Source: the human T2T-CHM13v2.0 reference genome, Homo sapiens. Taken from it: a stretch of 64,000 nucleotides of DNA. Made by a program: the position numbers and the translations under genes. Shown piece after piece: positions 13,613-28,020 of the stretch. Numbering within the stretch: position 1 is the stretch's first letter; every line of letters begins with the position of its first letter. Where the stretch lies: contig CP068257.2 of assembly GCA_009914755.4 (NCBI GenBank), positions 32,992,001 through 33,056,000 on the forward strand, written 5' to 3'. Under the pieces are notes generated by a model. That model was given only the letters and a program-made list of their open reading frames with translations, was not told the DNA's origin and made no database searches.

Positions 13613-14699
13613 TAGAGAAAAGGAGGCATCAAGACTGACTCCAAGGCTACAGGAAGAAGCTGCCTCTAACCTGGATAAGGTAGACTGTGAGAGGGACAGG
13701 TTGGGGAACAGCTATCCTTAGCTTACTTTGGAGCAATTCAGGATTGAGAGACCCCTTAGAGGTGACAGTGGGGGGACAGGGCTCTAGATGGCATCTAAAG
13801 CCACTGGGCCACTGAGATCCCCTAGGGAGTGAGTGTAGCTGTTGACAAGAGAGTCTGGGGTCTGGACCAGGGGCACAGTGACACTCAGACACCAGCCAGC
13901 AGTGGTGCCTGAGAAGGGGGGTCAGAGAGGCTCAAGAGCCACCAGGCAGGTGGGGTATTCTGGAAGCCAACAACAGAAAGGGCTTCCCAGAGGAGGGAAC
14001 CAGCGCTGCTGAAAGTCAGCTTGGGAAGAGCCCTCTGTGACTAGCGCTGCTGAGAGGTCAGCTTTGTGGGGACAGGGAACTGAGTTTGGATTTCCAAGTT
14101 TGGCAGTCCTTTTTGACCTTGGCAAGATAAATTTTGGAGAATTATTTAGAAGTAAAAGCCCAATTGGGAGCAGAAAAATGGAAGATAATGAGTGTAAGCA
14201 ACTCTCTCAAGAAGTTGTGCTGTGAGGAGAACTGAGAAGTGAAATAGTACATGGAAGAGGAAGTGGGAGTGAGGGGAGGGTTTCGTTTGGTTGAAGATGG
14301 GAGAAGCCACCCCAGGCCTGTCTGCAGGTTGGGATGATCCAGGAGAGAGGAAAGCTTGATGACCGGGGCTGGGAGGGGGAGAGAATTTCTGCAGCCATCT
14401 CTATGGGAAAGAGAGAGCACCTGGTACATGAACAGAGAGGCGGGTCCCAGGTGGCAAAGCAAATCTGTCCATCGACACTGAAGGAAAGCAGCATGTACCA
14501 CGGATACCCTGGGCATCAGTGCATGGGACGATGAAATATTGGGGCAGGGCTGGTGAAAGCCACTTGTGTTCATCTCCATCTTCTCAGTAAAAGAGGAGTC
14601 TGAGTGTGAGGATGAGGAAGGTGGCATTGAGTGTTGAAGGCAAGAGAAGAAAATGTGAAGTGATCTTCTAGGAATGTGGGAGAACAAATGGACTAGAAA

Positions 14700-15040
14700 A
14701 ATATAGGAGGATTATATATGCACACCAATGTCATATGAGTATCAATGTCATATGAGTATCAAATATGTATACAACATGCAAATATATGTATATATATTAA
14801 TGTTTACATGCAATTACGATATATACATATGTTAGTAGATATAAGCAAATATATTTATATGTCTTATGTATAATATGACACATGCTGCAACATAATTATA
14901 ATCTATAGTATCTAATATGTACTAGATGGTATATGAATATATGTTCATACATCATACATGAATATAGCAATATAGGCAGATAAGATATGTTACAATGTAT
15001 TATTAAATTGTGTATATTATATGATGTGCAATAAAAACAC
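14700..15040. repeat. AT-rich low-complexity / (TATATG)n-like simple-repeat region
   Basis: Runs of atatgt/tatatg/catatg motifs and a short local duplication (tgtcatatgagtatcaa x2 at ~14727-14765). Confidence 0.7.
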
Positions 15041-16075
15041 AAGTATTTATGACTTATCTGTCTCCTCCACTCTATCCAAAATATATGTAATGCACGTTAT
15101 AAAACATAAAGAGAAATAGGAATTTTTAAAGTATAAGAATAGAGAAATAAACACAAATATAAATATGTCTTGAGCTGTCATCCTCATTTCATCTAGAGTG
15201 GAATCTTGATGAAGGGAAGCTGTTTATTTTCACTACCACTCTGCCCCGCCTAGAATGTCCTGGGCCTAGAGGGGGACTTCAATAAATATTTATTAAATGA
15301 ATTAATGAAAAATGTATTTTATACTTGAACTTAACCAAAAGGCTGAGAAACGATGAAAAATATATCTTATTTATTCAGAATCAAAAATATTTTGTTTTCT
15401 TAAAAATCTCCTGTTATTCTCAATGACTTATTAACAATGTCTTAGTCAGTGTAATGTTATTAAACATGCCTCATCCTTTTGGGAAATCGTGGAGAACCAT
15501 GAGCAGCATGGAGTGCTGTGCTTACTAAATCACAATATCCATTTTTCAATCCCATCCACCAAATTTAGAAGGGATTATTATTATCACCGAGTAAATTTCC
15601 ATGCTCCTTGACATCAATGAGTTGTTTTTTCATATTAATTGGAAGTTGTTCGTTTTTATGTTTCACAAATGGGTTTTAAAACTCACAGAACCCCTTGGAA
15701 GCTTTTAGACAGCTGATAAAATTGTGTTTCCTAGTTTAAAGTGCAAGATATGAGAACTTTTATAGATGTCACACATCGTTTTTTGGCAATAAAATCACTT
15801 AATGATGGAAACCTTTCCAAACTCCTGTTTTCAAGATATTCTTACTGTAGCACAAGTTTCTGGCAGACAGTGATTACTTTCTCACACATTGTTAACTGGC
15901 ATCTTGTGCTTGAAGGGCCAGGTCAAGCTGGTTTATTTATTTATGTTAAATCATCACCATGGCTCGAACCTTGTAACCTGGCTGGCAGTTGCTCATGCGC
16001 AGAGGGGAGATGTACCAGCTCTGTTCCTTTCTTGCCATTCATCTCTGCTTATGTCCTTAGAAATAGCTTCATACC

Positions 16076-16166
16076 TTAAGTTCTAGGGTACACGTGCACA
16101 GCGTATAATAATGATAATAATAAATAAATAAATAAGTAAAAAGAATCCTGAAAAAAAAAAAAAAAA
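16076..16166 (+). mobile_element. 91-bp poly(A)-terminated retro-insertion flanked by a perfect 16-bp target-site duplication GAAATAGCTTCATACC (16060-16075 and 16167-16182). Looks like a severely 5'-truncated L1-mediated insertion.
   Basis: Insert = ttaagttctagggtacacgtgcacagcgt + ataataatgataataataaataaataaataagtaaaaagaatcctg + A17. The first 29 bp resemble the L1 ORF2-end segment ...aagttctagggtacatgtgcacaacgtgcag.... Exact direct repeats bracket the insert. Confidence 0.6.
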
Positions 16167-17435
16167 GAAATAGCTTCATACCATTTCTTAGCAGGCATCC
16201 TTGCCAGACACTTGCCTGTTTGTGTGAGGACTGGCTCAGTTAAAGACTAGATAATATAAACCACACATTCTCTTAATGAAAATTTGGGATCTGCAATAAC
16301 AGCACAATTCTGGAAGCAGAGAAGGTGTGTGGAGCCATGTCAGCCCACACCACCTGGCACCCCAGGTGCCCATCAGGGGGCCTAGTGCACCCCTCTGATG
16401 CCTGTCTGGCTTCTGCAGCAAGAGCAAGCACCAGGGTCAACCCACATAATAAAGCAGCAGAGGAATAATTTTCTTTTTTAGAAAAAAGAAAAACCTAATA
16501 TAAACAGAAGCGCTAATATTTTTCACTCATCCCAGTGAGTGGAGGTCATCACCTTCCACCATGGAGACCTTGACCTATAGGGTGGATGAGCGGGGAATGG
16601 TGGGCAAAACTCCACCAAAGAGAGCTGCTTCCTCCCAGACTGTCTCGCTCTAACCCCTGGACTGCGACTTCAGGCTGAGGGGCTTTACCTAGGTCAGAAA
16701 CACAGGCTAATTTCCCAAGAACACATCAAACACAACAGGTCAAAATGAAAGCCATCTTTCCCATCCAGTCTACTCACTCTGCTCTGTCCTGATTTCTACC
16801 CACAAGCTGCTCAGTAACCGGGGAAGAAACCCAGGAGCCCTGAAAACTGCTCCCTTTGTCTTATCCCCGACTCCCCCACCAACTGACCTGCTCGCCCACT
16901 CCACACAGCCAGTCGCCAAGTCCTGTCCACTTTCCCTGCTGAATCATCGTGCCGCATCAGCTGAGTTTACCCCCTCTCCTAGAGTCCCACTCCTGGTCTC
17001 TCAGCTCAGAACCATTTCTTTCTCTGCATCATTTCTTACGTGGATCACCTAAGCTGCTTCGAGACTGAATCTTTGCTTGAAGGCAGAGCTGATGACTTTG
17101 GAGCCTTCTTCATCCCGTGGTTGATCTGATTACCAGGAACTTTTCCCAGGACTAGGTATACAAACACAGATCATTCAATTCTCTAACAGATGAAGGCTGC
17201 GGTCCCCTATAAGATGCAGTCCATCATATGATGCCCTCTTAATTACTTTTATGACATGCAGCAATCATACTTCATTAGAACTCTTCTCTTTCTTCTCCAC
17301 TAAACTGTGAGCCTCCTGAGGACAGGAACTGTGCTGGTTTCCTTGTACACAGCATGATGCCAGGCACACAGTAGACATTTGATACTTGTGGTATCAAATG
17401 TGTGTGTCATTTGAGAAGAGGCATCTTCTTATAAT

Positions 17436-17594
17436 TTTTTTTTTAAAAGAGATGGGGCCTCTCTCTCTTTCCCAGGCTGGAGTACAGTGGTGCAATCTTG
17501 GCTCACTGCAGCCTCGAACTTCTGATCTCTAGCAATCCTTCTGCCTCAGCCTCCCAAAATGCTGGGATTGCAGGCATGAGCCACCATGCCCAGC
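17436..17594 (-). mobile_element. Internally deleted (~160 bp) Alu, minus orientation, with 12-bp TSD CTTCTTATAATT (17424-17435 / 17597-17608)
   Basis: tttttttttt aaaagagatggggcctctctctctttcccaggctggagtacagtggtgcaatcttggctcactgcagcc...cctcagcctcccaaaatgctgggattgcaggcatgagccaccatgcccagcc. Right-arm start fused to left-arm end, consistent with recombination between the two homologous arm segments. Confidence 0.8.
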
Positions 17595-17857
17595 CACCTT
17601 CTTATAATTATATGTGCACCCCCAACCTCAAGCACTTGACAGCTGACTGCTGAAGGAATGAATGGATGAATGAAGGAATAAATGGATGATTGCCAACAGC
17701 CCTCAAATAAACAGAAGAGCAGGTTTTATAAGGCTGCTTCTCAGAGTTTCCATAAATGCCAGCTCAGGGAACATTAACCCAAGTCCCATTTGTTACATGA
17801 AAGCAGTTCTGAGGTAGCTGACAGTGCCATCCTCCATCTGGCTTAATTCAGGAATAA

Positions 17858-18574
<717 letters not shown>

Positions 18575-18703
18575 ATTTTTGGATTTTTTTACTAGACACA
18601 GGGTTTAGCCGTGTTGCCCAGGCTTAAACTCCTGTCCTCAAGTGATCTGCTCGCCTTGGCCTCCCAATGTGCTAGGATTATAGGCTTGCGGGATTACCTG
18701 GCC
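18575..18703 (-). mobile_element. Alu left-arm fragment (third copy of the cluster)
   Basis: atttttggatttttttactagacacagggtttagccgtgttgcccaggcttaaactcctgtcctcaagtgatctgctcgccttggcctcccaatgtgctaggattataggcttgcgggattacctggcc. Confidence 0.8.
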
Positions 18704-19331
18704 TGCAAGTATATTTTTGAAACCACCTTACTGAGGTACAACTGACATACACTAAACATATTAAAACTGTACAATGTGATGTTTCGAGAGAGTGAGCATA
18801 TCCTTCCTCCTGGAAGTATCTTCCTGCTTCTATGTAATTCCTCCCATCCCCACCTCCACTCCCACTGTACCCCAATCTGTTTCCTGTCACTATTGATAAG
18901 TTGAGCAAGTATATATTTAATCTTTAAGAGCTTCCTCGCTTTCTGTTCCCTTTTCATAAATTTCCTGCTTTTTAAAGTATTGCTTTATTATCTTATATCT
19001 CTCTGGAGTTTTAATTTGATTAAAATATTTTTTGGTCCCCGGAGTTATTCTCTGCAGCCTCCAAAACAGTCTTACTAGTTTATTTGTCTGGTCTGTCTCA
19101 TTTAGCTTGCATTCTCCTTGCATGTCTGTGGAGCCTTTATTTATCTAAGGACACTAGGTAGCTAACATGCTTTTCCTTTGCTATTGAATAAGATTGTTTC
19201 CCCAAGGTGAGTGGCAGCTCTAAGCAAGGAAGGATGGAGTAAAGCGCCTGTCTGGCTGTAGTGAGGGAGACAGTGAGTCAGCTGTCAGCCTGTGGACCCC
19301 CAAAATGCCAATGAGGGCATATCTGAGACAG

Positions 19332-19960
19332 GGTAATTTATAAAGGGAAGAGGTTTAATGGACTCACAGTTCCACATGGCTGGGGAGGCCTCACAATCAT
19401 GGTGGAAAGCAAAGGAGGAGCAAAGTCACATCTTACATGGTGGCAGGCAAGAGGGCTTCACTTGGGATGCAGCATTGACGAAGAATGTCATAGCTTCTGG
19501 CAGACGTTTGTTCCATTCATTGGAAGAGCCATCTGGGATTTTGCCTGATTCTGTATGCTGTATATACACATGTATATGTGTGTATATATATGTGTTTATG
19601 TGTGTATTATGTGCACATGTGCATGTGTGCATATCTGCAGCATGCATGCTTGTATATGTGTAGTGTGTGTATCTAGGTATACACTGTATGTATGGAAGGC
19701 AAATATATTGTATGATGGAAGGCAAAGGAGGAGCAAAGTCACATCTTACATGGTGGCAAGCAAGAGAAAGCATGTGCGAGGGAACTCCCCTTTATAAAAC
19801 CATCAGATCTCATGAGACTTATTCATTATCACAAGAACAGTATGAGGGAAACCACCCCCATGATTCAACTGTCTCCCACCGGGTCCCTTTTATGACATGT
19901 GGGGATTATTACAATTCAAGATGAGATCTGGGTGGGGACCCAGAGCCAAACCATATCACC
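19332..19960 (-). mobile_element. MaLR THE1/MST-type LTR in minus orientation, disrupted by a (TG)n/(TA)n-rich expansion at 19555-19700 with a local duplication of LTR sequence
   Basis: ggtaatttataaagggaagaggtttaatggactcacagttccacatggctggggaggcctcacaatcatggtggaaagcaaaggaggagcaaagtcacatcttacatggtggcaggcaagag... and ...ccatcagatctcatgagacttattcattatcacaagaacagtatgagggaaaccacccccatgattcaactgtctcccaccgggtccc...gacatgtggggattattacaattcaagatgagatctgggtggggacccagagccaaaccatatca is the reverse complement of the THE1/MST consensus. ggaaggcaaaggaggagcaaagtcacatcttacatggtggca occurs twice (19400-19445 and 19710-19755). Confidence 0.75.
19555..19700. repeat. (TG)n/(TA)n/(CA)-rich simple repeat
   Basis: tgtatatacacatgtatatgtgtgtatatatatgtgtttatgtgtgtattatgtgcacatgtgcatgtgtgcatatctgcagcatgcatgcttgtatatgtgtagtgtgtgtatc. 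Confidence 0.85.
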
Positions 19961-20337
19961 CCCTCCTACAATGTGGAAGCACCACTGCCATTTTATTTTA
20001 TAAACATAAATGTTTTTCCTTCTGCTACCACCATGCACCTGTTTTTTATTAGCTGTGGCCAGAAGACAGTTGAAGTTGTAGGTTATTTTCTGCTCTAAAC
20101 ATAGACTCTTTATGCAGCAAGTTGGAGGCAGATCCATTTCTTTGCTGATACCGTGGCCTCCCTTATTACAATGGAAGGGCCCTTTGCAGGATCCCTGTGG
20201 CCACCTCACTTTTATGTCAGGAACAATCAAGTTTCCTTAGAAAACAGCTGGATCCCCAATGTTGCAGATGATGTTTTGATGAAAATGTTCAAGGCATTCT
20301 TTTCCTTTAGCCAACTTCCTTGATAAAACTTTCCCAG

Positions 20338-20930
20338 TAAACATAGTCTTACCATATGATCCAGCAATTGCATCCCTTGGTATTTACCCAAATGAGTTGA
20401 AACTTATGTCTGCACAAAAAATGTTTATAGCAGTTTTGTTCATAATTACTAAAATGTAGAAGCAACCAAGATGTCCTTCAATAGGTATTCACCTATTGAT
20501 AAACAAATGGTGTTGTACCATACCATGAAATATTTTTTAATGATAGAAAGAAATGAGCTGTCCGGCTAGGGAAAGGCAAGAAGGAATCTTAAATATATGC
20601 TGCTAAGTGAAATAAGCCAAGATGAAAAGGCTATACAGTGTATAATGTCAACTGCATGACATGATGGAAAAGGCAAAATAATGGAGACAGTAACAAGATC
20701 AATAACCATTGATCCAGGAGTTAGGGGGAGGGAGGAAGAGGTGAATAGTGAATTTTTAGGTCAACAAAACTATTCTGTACAATACTAAAATGGTGGACAC
20801 ATGTCATTACACATTTGCCAAAACTCATAGAATGTACAGTACTAAGTGTGAACCCTAATGTGATCTACGGACTCGAGTCAATAATAATGTATCTTTATTG
20901 GCTTATCAATTATAACAAATGTTCCTTAGT
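20338..20930 (+). mobile_element. Ancient L1 (L1M-type) 3'-end fragment
   Basis: ...taaacatagtcttaccatatgatccagcaattgcatcccttggtatttacccaaatgagttgaaa...tgtttatagcagttttgttcataattactaaaatgtagaagcaaccaagatgtccttcaataggtattcacctattgataaacaaatggtgttgtaccataccatgaaatatt...atgctgctaagtgaaataagccaag... matches the L1 ORF2-end/3'UTR at high divergence. Confidence 0.8.
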
Positions 20931-23394
20931 AACGCAAAATGTTGACAATAGGGAAACTGTGTGGCAGAGGAAAGGGGCACCTGGAAAATCAATATATTTT
21001 CCATTCAATGTTTTGAAGACCTAAAACTTCTTTAAAAACAATCTATCACTTTTTCAAAAAATTGTCGAGTAATATGCCCACAAACCACCTGATTTAAAGT
21101 GGGAAAATAAACCTGCCAGAACAAACTAGTTTGCAAATCGCACCTCTTCAAGGTAATATAGAGGACATGTGTTAAAAGAATGATTTCAATTTTAGAGTAG
21201 CGAATTGTGAGGGTTTTTCTCCCCTTAAATGTGCAGAGAATAAAATGCATTTGTCTTTTGGGGCCACTCCAAGCAAATGGCAAGATGAGGGAGAGGAAGC
21301 TGTGGAAACACTACCACCTAGTGGTAGAAGACAGACTTTCAAAAACGTGGCCTAAGGCTTTGCAGAATTCATTTTCCAATAACTTTGGGGACATGCTCAC
21401 AACCCTTTATAAAAGCTGGGAGAAAGAAGAAATAGAGGAAGGAGAGAGAGGTAAATGGCTGCCCAAGTGGTTAGGAACTTAACATTTTCCATCAGGCCGA
21501 TCAACCTAGGGAGAATCATCAGATCTGGAGAGTTCAGAGGCTGCTACATAGACAAGAGACAAAAAAGGCACTGCAGGACCTGCTTGCTTAAAAACGCCCC
21601 TGCCCCACAGTACTGCCCACACGTACTGGATGTGAATTCCCACAGTAGGCAATAGGCCAAAAAATGTAGGGTACCCTCATGCAATGAGTGCCTAGGGGGT
21701 GCCTGTTCTGGGCCAGGTGCCCCTGTAGGCATTGGGGATAAATATTATATCCAAAAGACTGTCCCTATCATCTGGAAATAAGGGCAGCTTTCAAGCCCTC
21801 CTTCCTGAGTGCAGAAAGATGTATCCCTTTGATCATGAAAAGTGTGTGGGAGGAAGACTTTGGAGGGCAACTCTGGAGCTAGGGAGGGCTCCTGGCTAAG
21901 AGGGTGTGTTCAAAGGGACATCTCCACCCAGGGTGGGAAGACCCACTGGGCAAGAAGCAGGGAGGTGATGGAAAGTTAGCCATGGCCTGCCTTTGCTTCA
22001 GGTCCGAGGGGGGCGGGGGTGCTAAGGGCAACACAGCAGACTCACCAGCCTCTGGTGAAGTACTTTAGCTGGTTAGTGAGTGGCTGGTTCTAAGTTACTT
22101 TGCCTCAGCAGAGGAGAATTCCTATGATGAAGGGAATCCAGGCAGCATCAGCCTCCGCTGCCCCTTTGTCACTGCTGAGCTGTGCACACCTAGACTGCCC
22201 TGTGATCACTTTCCCAAAGCTGCGCTAATAGAGTACCACAACTGGGTGGCTTGGAAGAATGGAAACTGACCCTTTCATGGTTCTGGAGGACGGAGTCTGA
22301 AGCCCAGGTGTTAGTGGGGTCATACTCCCTGAGTATGAAAGCTCAAAGGGAGGAGCCCTCCCTGCCTTTTCCAGCTTTGGTGGCTCCTGGTGTTCCTTGG
22401 TTTGTGGCTGCATCCCTCCAACCTCTGTCTCCATCTTCACATTTGACTGGCATGTTATGTCACATCAGGAGAACACAGCAGTTCAGTGTCGGCATTTCTG
22501 TCCCTTTGGTGTATCTATGAATGTGAGGTCTTTCAAGCTAAGGGGAATGTCTGTTGAGCTCTTTCTGCGCCAATAAGGGGCCAGCTTGGAAGCCTGCGTG
22601 CCTGTTGACAGCTACCCTAATATATTGTTGATAATCCGAATGGACTCCTATGAAACAGAAAACAGCAGGTGATGTCATTTGCTCATAAATATTGAATGCC
22701 TCTGCTCAGGAGGATGGGGACTGAAGTTCCATCCAAGCAGCTCCTCAATGCTCGTAACAAATCTGAACTTGCTCTCTCCACTGGAATATGAGCAGGTTCT
22801 CTGCATTTTAACAAGTGGACAGTGGTTATGCTGCTTCTGGGGGCTCCCACCCTGAGAAAGGTTCATCATAGCCTGATCTTGAAGGGAATCAATAATCGGT
22901 GTCCAACTGAAACTGGGTTGTGTCGATTAAAGTTGTGGACTGTAAGCAAATGCCTAAAAGACCTCTCGTTGACAGTGAAATAAGAAAATGAAAATGCCTT
23001 ATGAAATTCTGAGGCTGTTGAAACTTTATATCTGGGCAATTTCACCAGAGAGCTCCGTGCCACAAATGGAACCAACTGCTTTGAGGGATAGTAATGTGGA
23101 TGTGTAGCACCAGCTCCAAAATGACAGTCCCAGAGATGCCCTAGGTGTTGAGTTGTGGGATCAAGGGGAGAGCTGTGACAGAGAAGTCAAAGGAAGAAGG
23201 AACCGAGGAAATCCCCAAATGTGATGCTCCCCTGCCACGTAGGTCATCTGCACGCTGATGGCAAGACTTGGAGCCATGAGCTGTGTCACCTGTTGCATCT
23301 CCTTCCTCCTCCCACAGTGCTGTCCCACTTTGCTGATCCATTTTTCTCCATAACATTTATCATCATTTCACATAGTAGATTTGTAATTATAATA

Positions 23395-24240
<846 letters not shown>

Positions 24241-24312
24241 GTGAAGAAAAACCTCAAAGCATTTTTCCTTAGCCCTCGCATCACAACAACAATAAACACA
24301 GAAGACTTCTGT

Positions 24313-24608
24313 GGCCAGCTCGGCATGGTGGCTCACGCCTGTAATTCCAGCATTTTGGGAGGCTGAAGTGGGCAGATCACTCGAGGTCAGGAGTTGAAGA
24401 CCAGCCTGGCTAACATGGTGAAACCCCGTCTTTACTAAAAATACAAAAATTAGCCAGACGTGGTGGTGGGCCCCTGTAATCTCAGCTACTTGGGAGGCTG
24501 AGGCACAAGAATCCCTTGAACCTAGGAGGCAGAGGTTGCAGCGAGATCACACCACTGTGTTCCAGCCTGGGCGACAAAGCGAGACTTTGTCCCCCCTCAA
24601 AAAAAAAG
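24313..24608 (+). mobile_element. Alu (AluS-like) with TSD ~AAGACTTC(T/C)GTG
   Basis: ggccagctcggcatggtggctcacgcctgtaattccagcattttgggaggctgaagtgggcagatcactcgaggtcagg...gcgacaaagcgagactttgtcccccctcaaaaaaaaa. Flanks gaagacttctgtg / aagacttccgtga. Confidence 0.9.
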
Positions 24609-25212
24609 ACTTCCGTGACCAAATGTGTGGGTATTATAGGGATTACTTCCCACACACCAGCAAGCAATCAATTCTGCGTTCTGCAGCGGACACCAGCTGG
24701 GTGTCCTCCAATTCAATTTAATTCTGACACTATCTACCCAGGGACAGCCTCAGAAACCACGGGCCCAGGGCTCAGTCCCACAAGAGTGGCCCCTCCTCCC
24801 ACCTGCCCCAAGTCCGGGTCTCAGGAACTTCTGACCAACTGGTTTCCAGTTGAGATTTCCAACACCCCCTTCGGTTTTGATTAATATGCTAGAGAGGCTC
24901 ACGAAACACAGGGAAACACCTATGTTCACTGGTTTATTACAAGGGATATATTAAAAGATACAGAGAAACAGCCAGAGGAGGAGATTCACAGCATGAGGTC
25001 TGGAAGGGTCCTGAACACAGGAGCTTCTGTCCCCATGGAGTGGGGGCCCAACACTCTCCCAGCACCTGGATGAGTTTCTGTTCACTTTCCTGTCCACCTC
25101 CATGTGCTCAGCTCTCTGGAAGCCACTGGACCCTGTCCTTTGGGCCTTTTATGGAGACTTCATTGGATAGGAATGACCAAAGCATGGACAACCACATATA
25201 AATGTGACTGGA

Positions 25213-25536
<324 letters not shown>

Positions 25537-26404
25537 CTAAGCCCAGCAAGTCCTCAGGCTCTTCTTGGCGTCTCCATGCAGTATTCCTTCATCCAGGTTA
25601 TGGGGCAGGACCCTCTCTGGAATAAGAGTTTCAAGACCCACAATTAAGACAGGTGAAAGGAGATCAGGAGAAGGTCAGAGAGATTCTCTTCACTCTAACA
25701 AGAGCTATGGGAGTTACGAGCCAGAAACCACGGACAAAAACCAGTATCTCATAATATCATAGGGGGCCATTATTCTGCCCACCACAGCCTCCTTCCTCAA
25801 ATGTAGGCTTCGTGAAGGCAGGAATTTTTGTTTCTATTCTTAATAAAAATACAAATATGATGATGCCACTGCCCTACTTGTCCTCCTTCTCTAAATCCAT
25901 ATAGAGTCAAACATCCTTAGCAGCAGGTATTTGCTGGGGTTCCCTCAGAATAGCCCTGAAGTTAAGGGTTTGGGTGCAAATGATGCCATCCTGGGAAACA
26001 CAGGCAGGGGAACAGGGAAGTAAGACAGGACGCAGCAAGGAGCCATGGACCGCCATTGTTCCATGGTGGCACAACATGGTGGAGCCCTCTTGTGGGGGAG
26101 TGTGGAACACCCTCAGAGTTGCCCACCCAAAGGGTAAGGAGGCAGGGGTGTGTGTCTGTCCTCCCACTCCCATTGAGGTCTGTTGCTGGTGTCATTAAGT
26201 ATGCAGCACTTCCAGCCTGTCCCCCAGGGAAGCTGAAACAGCCTTCAGGGGAATCCAACGTACCTGCAGCAGGACCTCCAAGGCTTGTGAGAGCAGAGGG
26301 GATTCAGGGATTCTGTGGGGCACCCACAGCATCTCTGCATGCAGCTCACAGTGCCCATGAGATCTGAACATGCATTTATCTTGTGTAAGATAAGGCTATT
26401 TCCC

Positions 26405-26826
<422 letters not shown>

Positions 26827-27635
26827 TTTCCCGGTTTTTGAACTGAAAATCCTGTCTTCTTGAAACACTCCCCTCAGTCCGGGCAAACTAGAATGGTTGT
26901 TCACCCTGTCTGGTACTGACTCTTGCAGTAGACAAAGATGAGATGATTTACAAGGTGGCATTTAAAGTTTGCAACTCTGCCAGCAGCACTGGGGGCTGGC
27001 TTGTCTACACTGTTTCAGGGTGTATAGATTGATAGTAACATCTGCTTTAACCAGTTACACAGCCTCATCTGCCTCTAAAAGATCCCTCTGCAGAGTTGCA
27101 AAAGCTCCCTTTCGATCAAGGTAATGTGCACACATTTGGTGGGTCATTCTGAAGACCGAGTTCACGCTGTGCAAATGAGAAAGGACAGCGAGGGTTTGTG
27201 CCTAAGTTTTCTAGCCTCTCTTAGGTTGCCTCCATTCTCTTTTCCTGACGTGCTCTATCCCTCACCTTTATTAAAGCTGTAGATGAGTGCACCTGTGGCA
27301 TACCTTTGAGTCCTTCCAATGATTCCATCCTAGAAGGATCTGCTCTAGCCTGATCACTCACCCCTTCCTTTGCAAACTCCTCAAACACCCTAGAAATAGG
27401 GCATTTCTAGCTCTATTGACTTGCTTGTGTTTGGAATCATGCCAGGATCTCTCCTCGCTCTGAACCTTGGCATTACCCTTAGATTCCCAAATGTCTCGTT
27501 TGGCCCCTTAAGGCTTATAATGGTGCCCCTCTTCTGTGCTCTCAGAGCTCTTGGTGCTTGTCCTCCACTAGCATTTACCAGCCTGTGCTGGACTTGCCTG
27601 CTTTCTGGCTTGAACCCTCCGGGACTGTCTTAATC

Positions 27636-28020
27636 TGCTTAGGCTGCCATAACAAAGTACCACCGACTGGTGGCTTCAACAACAGAAATGTATTTTCCCA
27701 CAGCTCTGGAGACTGGAATTCTGAGATCATGGGACTAGCGTGGCTCCATTCCTGGTGAAGACTCTTCCTGGCTTGCAGACAGCTGCCTTCTTGAGGTATC
27801 CTCCAGTGCAGTTCCATTGTGTGTGTGTGCAGAGAAAGAGGGCCCTGGTGTCTGCTTCTCTTCTAATATGGTCACCAATCCTATCAATTTAGGATCTCAC
27901 CCCATAACCCTGTTTAGCTTTACCTCCTAAAACCATAGCTCTAAATATAGTCACATTGGAGGTTAGGGCTTCAGCATATGAATTTGAGAAAGGGGACACA
28001 ACTCAGCCCATAGCATAGAC
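27636..28020 (+). mobile_element. MaLR MLT1-type solo LTR, followed at 28027-28130 by a MIR-like tail (...ggcaataaacatttgccgagtaaatgaatgaataaa)
   Basis: gctgccataacaaagtaccaccgactggtggcttcaacaacagaaatgtattttcccacagctctggagactggaattctgagatcatgg...cctggcttgcagacagctgccttcttg...ggtcaccaatcctatcaatttaggatctcaccccataaccc...ctctaaatatagtcacattggaggttagggcttcagcatatgaatttgagaaaggggacacaactcagcccatagca follows the MLT1 family consensus. Confidence 0.6.
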
